Source: a candidate division FCPU426 bacterium
Lineage (GTDB): Bacteria; Oederibacteriota; JAAXVQ01; JAUVAV01
Reading direction: 5' to 3'
DNA: 64,000 bases
Assembly: GCA_030637655.1 (NCBI GenBank)
Contig: DAOWGI010000027.1
Span: 32,001-96,000, forward strand
Under the pieces are notes generated by a model that was not told the origin of the DNA, made no database searches, and was given only the letters and a program-made list of their open reading frames with translations. The translations under genes were made by a program, and so were the position numbers. This document shows positions 38,249-47,011 of this stretch, piece after piece. Each line of letters starts with the position of its first letter. Position 1 is the stretch's first letter.

Positions 38249-39582
38249 AAAAATAAAATAGCCGTAATTCGCGTGCGCAAAGATCCCTTTTGACTGCCTT
38301 CTCCCAGGGAAAGGTCTGATACCAGAACACGCGCTACCCGTTGAATGTAATCACCTTCTGAATCACGCGCGTGAATGCCATACAGATTGTGAATCACATA
38401 GGTTCTGCCCTGGACATTTCCCAATACCAGCATAATATGCCCAGGTAGGTAGAGCAGACACCTTCCTCCTGTCAACCGGCTGAGCTGTTCCGCCTTTTGC
38501 CGGCTATTGCCGGAAAGTTGTTCTTTCGGCAATACAGCCTGCATACCCATTGTGCTCCGTGGCAACTCAAGACCGCAGGTAAGTCCGATACGCCGAATGA
38601 ATTCCGAGCAATCACCGTAGCCTCCTCCTCCTCCCCAGCTATAGGCTTCACCTAACAAAATGAAGGCCTGCTCAAGTATGACACGCGCTGTGCCCGGACG
38701 TGGTCCAAAATGAAGCGCAGCTCTCTCCTTGACTGTGACCGGTATGAAATACAGCTTTCCTTGCTGATCCCGGCGGGGAAAAGCCAGTTGGTTGCCCTTT
38801 TTTTTATAGAATGCCAATTGGCAGCCCATTCTGGCTCGATCTTCCGTTTCTTTTTTTTTCCATTGTATGAACGAGATTTCCTTACCGACAACAATGGTCT
38901 GGGATTGCCGCACCTGCTCTCGCAAAGCGCTTTTACTGACCATGACCCCTGCATCCTGTGCTTTGATCCAGCCGCGAGCAATCGTAGTAGCTACAAAAAA
39001 CCATTTTTTATCCGTACTGCTGTGCAGTATTGCCAACGGCTCGGATAAACGCAGGCCGGAAATCAACAGCATATTAAATTCCGTATCCAAGGGCTTGGTG
39101 GTAATTATTTCTTCGGTTGGAAACATACGCAACTGCGTCCGGCGAACTGTCATTCCCCACACAACCGGATTAGACCCCTGCAGGCTTGCCAGGTTCACAT
39201 TTTTTTTTATCGCTTGGTACGCCTGCTGTTGCATTGCCTGCCCTTGTTCATTAAAGCGCCCTACTCGCTGCAAATAAGAAAAATCGCTTTTTAGCCACTC
39301 GCGCAGTGTGTTGCAAGACAATTGGTCCGGCAGCACAAAAATATCAATAAAATATCGTGTATGTTTCCATTGCGCCGGCTGTTTTTGCGCCGGCTTTTTG
39401 GCAAACAACAGTTGATCCGGTTTTTCCAACCGCTCAATCCAATACTGCGCGGTTTCCATGTTTTTTTCAACATAGGGCAGGTTGTCAGGTCCTGCCTGAA
39501 TGCGGAGTTCTGTTTGTACTCCCTTTGGCAATACGACCAGAAAAAAACTAAAAAAAACGATTACCAGCTTGTTTTTGTTCAC
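38245..39582 (-). CDS. SH3 + NlpC/P60 cell-wall peptidase, paralog 1
   Basis: LRMFPT, EPLAILHSSTDKKW; YSWGG, DCS, LPR, PGHIML, VIH catalytic residues. Confidence 0.88.
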   Translation of the reverse strand: MNKNKLVIVFFSFFLVVLPKGVQTELRIQAGPDNLPYVEKNMETAQYWIERLEKPDQLLFAKKPAQKQPAQWKHTRYFIDIFVLPDQLSCNTLREWLKSDFSYLQRVGRFNEQGQAMQQQAYQAIKKNVNLASLQGSNPVVWGMTVRRTQLRMFPTEEIITTKPLDTEFNMLLISGLRLSEPLAILHSSTDKKWFFVATTIARGWIKAQDAGVMVSKSALREQVRQSQTIVVGKEISFIQWKKKETEDRARMGCQLAFYKKKGNQLAFPRRDQQGKLYFIPVTVKERAALHFGPRPGTARVILEQAFILLGEAYSWGGGGGYGDCSEFIRRIGLTCGLELPRSTMGMQAVLPKEQLSGNSRQKAEQLSRLTGGRCLLYLPGHIMLVLGNVQGRTYVIHNLYGIHARDSEGDYIQRVARVLVSDLSLGEGSQKGSLRTRITAILFL

Positions 39583-39683
39583 TTTTTACACCATGTCCGT
39601 TTTGAAGCTTTTGAGGAGATATTCCTGTTTTCTACATTTATAAATATAGCCTCTTAGGCACTTACAAATGAAATTCTTTCAAA

Positions 39684-39816
39684 AATGGAAAGAAAATTAA
39701 CCGCCGATGAACGCAAATAAACGCAGATATTTATAGCCTAATGGATAAAAAAGATTTTAATTTGCGTGTATCCGCGTGTATCGGCGGCTAATTTTGGTTC
39801 CGGTTTATCCGGGTTA
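39684..39816. repeat. GCCGATGAACGCAGAT / CCTAACCCGGATAAACCGG palindromic element without IS66-type ends
   Basis: Homologous to the interior of 16645-16822 and to 8330-8371; begins at the TAA of the upstream gene. Confidence 0.75.
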
Positions 39817-41277
39817 GGGACGCAAAAAATTAATGGTTTTTAATCGTTCCAACAAAGATCCTTTGGTGCTTCCCTCTCCCAGGGATAAATCCGAAACCAC
39901 AACTTCTCCAATAATTATTTTACGATCTTTTTTTGGTTTGTCCAACACCCGATACGCCCAAATATCATGTATCGCGTAGTATATATCTCCTTCGCTCCCA
40001 AGATAAAGCATGATATGTCCGGGAAATTGCAGCAGCACCGGATGCTTGATCTTGTTCAGTTTTGCTTGTCTTTGCCGCGTATTGTTCTTCCTGGCAAACG
40101 TATACCGGCCGCTTCCTACCCTGGCTTGGGACGACGAATTGCGAGGCAAAATAAATCCCATGGTGGCATACACATCCATTATCACTTGTGAGCAATCCCG
40201 GTACTCATTCATCCCGCCCCAAGCGTATGGTGTGTGTAGGAGTTTGAACGCCTGTTGACATATATTACGTGGCGTATATGCCAAGTACCCTTGGTGCACA
40301 TCCGCTGCTCGGGAAATATATATTTTCCGACGAATAATATCACCGTTCTTCTTTTTTTTCGGAAATCCGACAACATAATATGCTTTCGTTCTGCCCAGCA
40401 AGGGACACACGGTTCCCATATAGAGTTTCTCCGCCACTATGGTGGTGCCGGGCGCTTCAACTGCTTCCACCTTATGTCCGGTAATCACAAGAAAACGCTT
40501 AGGCTTGATATACCGCTCCAATTTTTTTGGATTGCAGTCTTCTAAAATATCACTCCGTTTTATCCAGCCACGACAATACGCGGTGACCACAAATACCCAG
40601 GCTTGATCACGACTGCTGTGCATAATGGCCAGGGGTTGCAGAGCCCTGACTGAGGAGACTTGTACAATGTCAAAATTTACATTCCAACGCTTTCCGGTGA
40701 CTAAAAGCTCAGTCGGATAATATCGCACATTGGTTCTTCGCAGGGTGAGTCCATATCGAACCGGATTGTTTTCCTGAATGGCGTTCAGATTCAGGTTGTC
40801 ATCCAAAGCGGCAAATGTTTTCTGACAAATCGGCTCTCCTCCACTATCCCACCGCTGTTTGCGTTTGATCCGTTCGGTCTCGTCTTTGAGATAAGTATAT
40901 AGTGTATACCCTTCCAATATACCCGGGCTATAGGCTGAAGGACGTTCCAAATTCCATTCCCACTCCGGATTGTCCTCTCCGGGTCGATCGACCTCCACAT
41001 AGCGATAATCCCATAATTTATCCGTAAACACATTGGTCAACAAACCCCGCGTGATATTTTTGCGATTGATTTTCCTGATTTGCTTTTTTGTGAGCAATAA
41101 GTGATCGCGAAAAATATATTTGTTTATCCAATATTCGGGCTGATCCATTTCCAAAGTACAATTAAACAACGGCAGTGTTGCCCGCTCTTGATAAGGCGGG
41201 CCTGCTGGAATCTGCAGCGAAGCGCAACCAGACAGATTGACGAGCAAAAAGCAGAGGATAATATATTTTCGCAACAC
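39814..41277 (-). CDS. SH3 + NlpC/P60 cell-wall peptidase, lipoprotein, paralog 2
   Basis: LSGC lipobox; YAWGG, DCS, LPRNS, PGHIML, AIH; C-terminus SDLSLGEGS.KGSL shared with paralog 1. Confidence 0.9.
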   Translation of the reverse strand: MLRKYIILCFLLVNLSGCASLQIPAGPPYQERATLPLFNCTLEMDQPEYWINKYIFRDHLLLTKKQIRKINRKNITRGLLTNVFTDKLWDYRYVEVDRPGEDNPEWEWNLERPSAYSPGILEGYTLYTYLKDETERIKRKQRWDSGGEPICQKTFAALDDNLNLNAIQENNPVRYGLTLRRTNVRYYPTELLVTGKRWNVNFDIVQVSSVRALQPLAIMHSSRDQAWVFVVTAYCRGWIKRSDILEDCNPKKLERYIKPKRFLVITGHKVEAVEAPGTTIVAEKLYMGTVCPLLGRTKAYYVVGFPKKKKNGDIIRRKIYISRAADVHQGYLAYTPRNICQQAFKLLHTPYAWGGMNEYRDCSQVIMDVYATMGFILPRNSSSQARVGSGRYTFARKNNTRQRQAKLNKIKHPVLLQFPGHIMLYLGSEGDIYYAIHDIWAYRVLDKPKKDRKIIIGEVVVSDLSLGEGSTKGSLLERLKTINFLRP

Positions 41278-41329
41278 TCGGTTACTCCTTTGGCGCCGGC
41301 ATCTGCAAAAAAATTTAAATAATAAATTT

Positions 41330-41338
41330 ATTATAGCA
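41330..41338 (-). promoter_or_regulatory. Extended -10 promoter for the NlpC/P60 genes
   Basis: TGCTATAAT about 50 bp upstream of the start. Confidence 0.55.
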
Positions 41339-41457
41339 ACTTTTGTATGTTGGAGAAAATTTTTTTAACTTCCTTCCCGGTTGTCACCAGGTAAATCCCT
41401 ATATTTTTCCACCCTCTGCTTACAGAAACAATTTAGCCTTGCTCTGTCCAGTTGGTG

Positions 41458-42888
41458 TCATCCCCTCCGCAGGACATCCCGGGCTTGCCCGTGGGGCTCC
41501 CTAATATGATATTGCTTCATTTTAGTGAATAATGTTTTGTAATCAATTTCCAACCAGCGAGCGGTTTTAACCTTGTTCCCGCCACTACGTTCCAATGCTC
41601 GCTGGATTAATTCCTTTTCTAAGTGGGAAATCACTTCGCGGGAAACTTCTTTCATTGGCCGGTTTTGCTCTAAATTCGCCTGAATGAAAAAGGCAGCTGG
41701 CCGGCTGTTGGCGGCAATTTCCTTGGACAAATGCTCTGTACGTACGCAGTCAAAAGCAAAAATAACCGCCCGTTTAATAGTTGACTGCAATTCACTTATG
41801 TTTCCCGGCCAGGAGTACGCGCACAAGCATGCTTCTGCTTCCGGGGACAGGGTGACTACGTTTTTCTTAAACACTTGGTTATATTTATCTAAAAAATATT
41901 TACTCAACATTCGGATATCCTCACCACGTTCCCTTAGCGACGGGACTTGCAGCGAAAACTCGTTTAGGCGATAATACAAATCCTGATGAAATTTACCCTG
42001 CTTCATCATCGTTCTCAGATCCTGCTGACTGGCAGCAAGCAGCCGGATGTCCAACGACTTTGAAGCACGGTCTTCTTTTAATCCCATATCTTGTTCCTCT
42101 AAAAATAACGCCAATTGCGTTTGCGCTGAGTAGGATAATTGTTCAATATCCTTAATAAAAAGCGTACCCACCGTCGCTTTGGCTAATAGTCCGTTACTTT
42201 TCATAGGATAACCCGCAGCTTCGGTCATTTCCTTGCCAAACAGTATCGCTGCTGTATCTTTTTTTGCCAACAGACTACAATCCATGCTGATAAAAGACAT
42301 CTGTGATCGACTACTACTGGCATGTATCGCATGGGCTATAGACTCTTTCCCGGTTCCGCGTTCACCCAGGATGCAAACAGAAATCGGATTTTGACTCACC
42401 TGCTCTATTTGCTGACGAATATTGACTATTGCCGGGCAGTCCCCGATGATTTGGTCCGCATCCCCTGCTTCCTGAATTTGCCGCTTCAGAGTTGTTACCT
42501 CTTGGGCCAATTTTCTGGTATGCAGAGCATTTCTTATAGTAATCATTGCCTCGTTAATATTCACTGGTTTTAATAAGAAATCGTAGACCCCAAACCCACA
42601 GATATCACTTAAATTCTCTCGTGTGTGTGTTGAAGTAAGCATTATTATTAGGGCGCTTTGATGAACTTGCCGCACTTTAGCAATCAGAGACGTTCCGCAT
42701 AAGTCCGGCATGCGCAATTCCAGTATGACGATCTCCGGATGTTCTTGAGCCATTATTTCTAATCCGGTTTGCGCCGTACTTGCCCTAAGTGCGATTTGCC
42801 CTTCTGACTCAATCACTTTTACCAGCTGCTGGCAGCTTTCTACGTCAAAATCCAGTACTAATATTTTCAATCTTTGCTTGCTTCTCAT
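41458..42888 (-). CDS. NtrC-like REC-AAA-HTH regulator with degenerate catalytic motifs (pseudo-bEBP)
   Basis: Walker A GERGTGKE, DLYYRLN, WPGN and Fis HTH present; phospho-Asp is Glu, GAFTGA absent, Walker B is IKDI. Confidence 0.9.
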   Translation of the reverse strand: MRSKQRLKILVLDFDVESCQQLVKVIESEGQIALRASTAQTGLEIMAQEHPEIVILELRMPDLCGTSLIAKVRQVHQSALIIMLTSTHTRENLSDICGFGVYDFLLKPVNINEAMITIRNALHTRKLAQEVTTLKRQIQEAGDADQIIGDCPAIVNIRQQIEQVSQNPISVCILGERGTGKESIAHAIHASSSRSQMSFISMDCSLLAKKDTAAILFGKEMTEAAGYPMKSNGLLAKATVGTLFIKDIEQLSYSAQTQLALFLEEQDMGLKEDRASKSLDIRLLAASQQDLRTMMKQGKFHQDLYYRLNEFSLQVPSLRERGEDIRMLSKYFLDKYNQVFKKNVVTLSPEAEACLCAYSWPGNISELQSTIKRAVIFAFDCVRTEHLSKEIAANSRPAAFFIQANLEQNRPMKEVSREVISHLEKELIQRALERSGGNKVKTARWLEIDYKTLFTKMKQYHIREPHGQARDVLRRG

Positions 42889-43110
42889 GGCGTTTTTTTA
42901 TCCTTGGATTGGAAATCAAAGCATTAGTTACTCTATTCAGAATAACCACTTATTTTTCTGTAGCTTCTTACTCTTCTTGATTACTATTAGTATGAAACCC
43001 CTGCCGCTTTCTAAAAACACCTTTGTTTTATTCGGTTTTTATTCTGTTCTCATTGTGAATCAATAATAATTGATTTTTAAACGTCCCGCACCACATACCT
43101 GGTTTGAAAT

Positions 43111-43143
43111 AAAAATCCCACAGGCGTGCGCCTGTGGATTTTT
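43111..43143 (-). terminator. Intrinsic terminator after the FPWW small ORFs
   Basis: aaaaatcccacaggcg tg cgcctgtggattttt. Confidence 0.75.
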
Positions 43144-43197
43144 ATCAATATTTATACGTTTTGGAAAAACACTTCCCAATCTATCTGTTTTCTATTA

Positions 43198-43407
43198 TTA
43201 ATCATAAGCACCTTGATCAACCTGCCACCAGGGAAAATATAGTCTCCATCTCATTTTCGGACTCCTTAAGGCCGCTCGCAATTTTTGTCGCGGGTCTTCA
43301 TTACCATGTAGATATATCGCTCTTGGTTGAATTTGATATCCCACTGTTTCTGCAGTGCGTAAATGACCTGGTTCCCAAGTCAGTGATTGTAGTCGCCTGG
43401 ATCGCAT
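43198..43407 (-). CDS. Small hypothetical 'FPWW' protein 2 (69 aa)
   Basis: GGAGAGGGG RBS; shares PG(H/R)L and (Y/F)FPWW with the upstream ORF. Confidence 0.7.
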   Translation of the reverse strand: MRSRRLQSLTWEPGHLRTAETVGYQIQPRAIYLHGNEDPRQKLRAALRSPKMRWRLYFPWWQVDQGAYD

Positions 43408-43431
43408 TGTACCCCTCTCCGCAAAGAATGC

Positions 43432-43629
43432 TTATTCTGTTTTTAAACGCCACCAGGGAAAAAAGTCTGCAATTTGCCAGTCATTGTCAACTCGCTTGAC
43501 TGTACTGGATTGCTGGTAATAATCTGATCGATGTACAGTGGTTTTTTTCCATAGAAGCGCTGGGTGTGTGCTACCTTCCGGATACCAAGCCAGACGCCCA
43601 GGTACTGTTTGGTTAATTTCTCTTGGCAT
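43432..43629 (-). CDS. Small hypothetical 'FPWW' protein 1 (65 aa)
   Basis: ATG 43629 lies 6 nt after GGGGGG and directly downstream of a sigma54 promoter; paralog of 43198-43407. Confidence 0.7.
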   Translation of the reverse strand: MPREINQTVPGRLAWYPEGSTHPALLWKKTTVHRSDYYQQSSTVKRVDNDWQIADFFPWWRLKTE

Positions 43630-43655
43630 GATCATCCCCCCGTACACTTCAATAA

Positions 43656-43671
43656 AGCAAAATGCATGCCT
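43656..43671 (-). promoter_or_regulatory. sigma54 (-24/-12) promoter
   Basis: AGGCATGCATTTTGCT: GG-N10-GC with TTGC, matching TGGCAC-N5-TTGC. Confidence 0.75.
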
Positions 43672-43751
43672 GCTTTTTTCCATTTTACCTTCGTCGAAAA
43701 ACTTTAAATATCAATCGTTTTTTTGACTGTTCTTTTTTACAGCTAAACTTT

Positions 43752-43789
43752 GCTCCTGAAGTATGTAACCAATTCCACACTTCAGGAGC
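43752..43789. promoter_or_regulatory. Palindromic candidate enhancer (UAS) with TGT-N10-ACA core
   Basis: gctcctgaagt-aTGTaaccaattccACA-cttcaggagc, ~110-145 bp upstream of the predicted start site. Could alternatively be a terminator-like hairpin. Confidence 0.5.
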
Positions 43790-43863
43790 TTTCACTATGG
43801 AATGCACTACCCTGTTCAATATTTAGAATTTAGAATCCGGTTATTGGCGCTAAAAACGATCGC

Positions 43864-43885
43864 CTAGGAGTGTGAGCAATTAGTC
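43864..43885. repeat. IS5-type MITE end (CTAG|GAGTGTGAGCAATTAGTC)
   Basis: Similar to 35835-35856; sequence at ~44138-44160 also matches ~33519-33542 in reverse. Confidence 0.65.
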
Positions 43886-43893
43886 GGTTTTTT

Positions 43894-44119
43894 GTAATAT
43901 ATTAGCCGTTCGGTAGTTACGTCTACTTGCTTGAAAAGCCCTGAGGTCTGGTTCTTTTTTCAAAAAAGCGAGGTTTCAGGAAATACCACTATTATTAATA
44001 AGTTTTAACCGGCTTCGTACTATGATTACGCTAGCTGTTCCCGATTACTATTTAATGCCGTTAGCGTTTTGAAAAAAGAACCAGACCTCAGGACTTGCAC
44101 TGAACAGCTAATATATTAC
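43894..44119. mobile_element. IS66-type MITE (GTAATATATTAGC ends)
   Basis: TIR gtaatatattagccgttc / gaacagctaatatattac; long internal IR cctgaggtctggttctttttt; 8-bp duplication GGTTTTTT / GATTTTTT. Confidence 0.82.
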
Positions 44120-44292
44120 GATTTTTTTAATTTCTGAGCAATTGAGTTTTTTTATTGCTCTATTGGCCAATTGGTGAATTGTAAACACAAGTGCAACATT
44201 ACGGGATTAAAAAAAGAGTCCCTTTACTCAACAAAACCTGATAGCGTGTAGGTGTGAACCAAACACTAAAACCAGGGGAGCAAAGGCACAAT

Positions 44293-44331
44293 AAAAAAGG
44301 GCTAAGGAGTTTTGTCTCCCCAGCCCTTTTT
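44293..44331 (-). terminator. Intrinsic terminator of the ktr operon
   Basis: Minus strand AGGGCTGGGGAG-loop-CTCCTTAGCCCTTTTTT. Confidence 0.8.
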
Positions 44332-44344
44332 CAATAGCTACGCC

Positions 44345-45190
44345 TTATCCCTTATGCAAACGATCCAATTTTTTCAGATCCTCGTCCCGGCCCAGGATCA
44401 CCAGGGTGTCATCCTTGCCAACCTCATGATCCGGGGTAACCAAAACATCATAATACGCTTCCTCGTGACCCACACCTTCTTTATCCAGCTCCAACTTCCT
44501 GTGTTTTAAGGCGATCACATTCACATTGAACTTATTACGCAATTTGGTCTCGCGCAGGGTTTTACCAATAATATCCGCCGGCGCCGGCACTTCCACCACA
44601 GAAATCCCTTCCGCCAACTGGAAATAATTCAGAACTCTGACTGCTGTGAGTTCACCAACCAAGTCAATGGCAGCTTCCCTTTCCGGAAACACAACCCGGT
44701 CAGCTCCCACTTTGTCCAGAATTTTCGCATGCAGAAGATTAGTAGCTTTGGCAATAATTTCCGGCACATCCAATTCCTTTAAGATCATCACAGCCAAAAC
44801 CGAGGCCTCAATATTTTCACCGATAGACACGATGGCTGAATCCACGGCATCTACACCGGCAGCGTGTAAGGCTTTGACATCTGTTACATCAGCAGTAAGG
44901 GATTGGGTAACCAGATCTGACATTTCTTCAATACGTTCGGAATTGCTATCTATAGCCAATACTTCTACTTTGGCGCGAATCAACGCTTCAGCTACATTTT
45001 GCCCGAAATTACCAAGTCCCAAAACAGCAAACGAACGCCGTTTTTTAGATTCCATTCGCGTGGACAATGGCCGCACTGATTTTAACCAATCGTCAAATTT
45101 AAACCAATCCAGATCCTGTTTTACAGTATTTTTGCCATTGGCTTTGGCACCTGCGGCTTTACCGCTCTTTTTCTTTTTGGACGCGCTCAT
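44345..45190 (-). CDS. ktrA: KtrA/TrkA potassium uptake regulatory subunit with N-terminal extension
   Basis: FAVLGLGNFG, IIAKA, GADRVVFPERE; RCK_C domain. Confidence 0.9.
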   Translation of the reverse strand: MSASKKKKSGKAAGAKANGKNTVKQDLDWFKFDDWLKSVRPLSTRMESKKRRSFAVLGLGNFGQNVAEALIRAKVEVLAIDSNSERIEEMSDLVTQSLTADVTDVKALHAAGVDAVDSAIVSIGENIEASVLAVMILKELDVPEIIAKATNLLHAKILDKVGADRVVFPEREAAIDLVGELTAVRVLNYFQLAEGISVVEVPAPADIIGKTLRETKLRNKFNVNVIALKHRKLELDKEGVGHEEAYYDVLVTPDHEVGKDDTLVILGRDEDLKKLDRLHKG

Positions 45191-46557
45191 CCGATACTCA
45201 CTCTCCCCTCAGGATATTTCACTTGTGGATGCTGGGACTGGAAGGCTGCTGCCAGCCCCAAAGTTAATGGTCCTAAACGACCGATAAACATGGTGATTAC
45301 AACCAATAGTTTTCCCGGGGTGGAAAACAAGGCGGACAAGCTGAGATTTCCGCCATCCCCCAAGGACAAACCCACGGTCCCTATGGCTGATGCCATCTCA
45401 AATAACACCTGCCCAATACTACGATTCTCCAACAACTCTAAGGTTAGCGTTAACCCTATCAAGCTAATGCTCATAACCACAAAAATCATTAACGCTTTGA
45501 AAATCGTCTCAGCGTTTATACGGCGGTGAAAAGCAGTTACTTCATTTTTTCCGCGAAGTGTGGCCCAAATTGCCATGATAACAATCGCGAAAGTGGTGGT
45601 CTTAATCCCGCCTCCGGTTCCTCCGGGCGAGGCGCCTATAAACATCAGCGGGATCAACAGCGTCTGGGAGCGAAACGCCAACGCGCTGGTATCCTGAATA
45701 TTAAAACCAGCAGTGCGAGCCACTGAAGATAAGAAAAAAGCCTGTCCCCAATTCATCTCCGCGGTAAAATACAGCCCAATCGCTCCCAGCACGCTAAGCG
45801 CGAGGGTTGTAATTAATACAATTTTGGTATGCACGGATATTTTCTTGCGCTTACCGCGCAGAATATAAATAAACTCATGAAACACAAAAAATCCCAGCCC
45901 GCCTAAAACAGCCAAAAACAGAATGGTTGTTATAACCACAGGATTTCCACCCTCGCCCATTAAATTGTCGGAAAACAGGCAAAAACCGGCATTGTTGAAG
46001 CCTGAGACGGCATGAAACACCCCCAGCGCCGCTGCCCTGCCAAACGTATGGTCACCTAGGAACGAAAACGTAATCACAATCGCGCCCAGCAATTCCGCTC
46101 CGAGGCTGACAAATATCACGTTGCGTACAAAGCGTCCCATGCCTTCTGTGGTATCCAAATTCAAGGCCTGTTTGATGGTTGCTCTTTCATTTACTCCCAT
46201 TTTTCTTCCCAATAATACTGCCGCGGAAGTAGCTAATATCATATACCCCAAGCCGCCCACTTTAAAAAGCAGAAGAATAACACCCTGGCCAAAAGGAGTG
46301 AACGCGGTAGCTGTATCGCGTACAATCAGCCCGGTAACGCAGACTGCCGAGGTGGCTGTAAACAAGGCATCCACCCAAGTAATGGATTGATCCTTAGGCA
46401 CTGACCAGGGCAAAAGCAGCAGTAATGTTCCCAAGAGAATAATAACCGCAAAAGACAGAACCAAACGCTGCGGTGGAGAGCTGCCAAGGGTTTTTCCCCC
46501 TGCTGCCGCACGGCGCGCGGTAAATATATCTTTTATGAATTCTTCCGTTGTTTTCAT
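45187..46557 (-). CDS. ktrB: KtrB/TrkH potassium uptake membrane subunit
   Basis: Four pore motifs VCVTGL, FNNAGF, RTAGF, GTVGLS; GASPGGTGGGIK. Confidence 0.92.
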   Translation of the reverse strand: MKTTEEFIKDIFTARRAAAGGKTLGSSPPQRLVLSFAVIILLGTLLLLLPWSVPKDQSITWVDALFTATSAVCVTGLIVRDTATAFTPFGQGVILLLFKVGGLGYMILATSAAVLLGRKMGVNERATIKQALNLDTTEGMGRFVRNVIFVSLGAELLGAIVITFSFLGDHTFGRAAALGVFHAVSGFNNAGFCLFSDNLMGEGGNPVVITTILFLAVLGGLGFFVFHEFIYILRGKRKKISVHTKIVLITTLALSVLGAIGLYFTAEMNWGQAFFLSSVARTAGFNIQDTSALAFRSQTLLIPLMFIGASPGGTGGGIKTTTFAIVIMAIWATLRGKNEVTAFHRRINAETIFKALMIFVVMSISLIGLTLTLELLENRSIGQVLFEMASAIGTVGLSLGDGGNLSLSALFSTPGKLLVVITMFIGRLGPLTLGLAAAFQSQHPQVKYPEGRVSIG

Positions 46558-47000
46558 GATTTCACCGTCGGAACAGTATCTTGCGCAATAAAAATCCTTT
46601 CGCTTTTAAATTTCCACGCCCAACGAACTAATAAAAAATATCCGACCGGACGAATCCCATTGCCAAATTGATCAAGCAATAAGTGGTGGAACAAACCAAA
46701 AGCCAGACCACCGGTGATGGCAGGAGCCACACCCAACCAGGCCGCGCCTGCCAATATAAGAATATACTCTATACCATGAAAAAACAGGTATAAACGCGGT
46801 TCTTTATAGTTCATCCAAAACTCGAAAAAATCCCGAATAGAAACCCATTTCCGGCGAATCCCGAAATATTCAACCACATGATCCAAATCCACCAGTACTC
46901 CGCTGAACACAGAACAGGCGGCAGCCTGCCAGGAGCCCAGCAGGCTGCCTACCAGCACACCACCGATGATTGATACTGTTACATGAACACTAGGTCGCAT
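46554..47000 (-). CDS. Small membrane protein, YdjM-like metal-dependent hydrolase motifs
   Basis: N-terminal His, LVDLDH, FFHG, HLLLD. Confidence 0.7.
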   Translation of the reverse strand: MRPSVHVTVSIIGGVLVGSLLGSWQAAACSVFSGVLVDLDHVVEYFGIRRKWVSIRDFFEFWMNYKEPRLYLFFHGIEYILILAGAAWLGVAPAITGGLAFGLFHHLLLDQFGNGIRPVGYFLLVRWAWKFKSERIFIAQDTVPTVKS

Positions 47001-47011
47001 AGGTAGTCTCT

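Noticed and set aside
41291-41308. TGGCGC...CTGC sigma54-like motif
   Set aside because: GG-GC spacing is off by one and it is on the wrong strand for the neighbouring genes.
15287-46390. Long antisense ORFs (15287-15928, 31688-32341, 34153-34806, 44646-45287)
   Set aside because: Fully overlap well-supported genes on the opposite strand and lack motifs.
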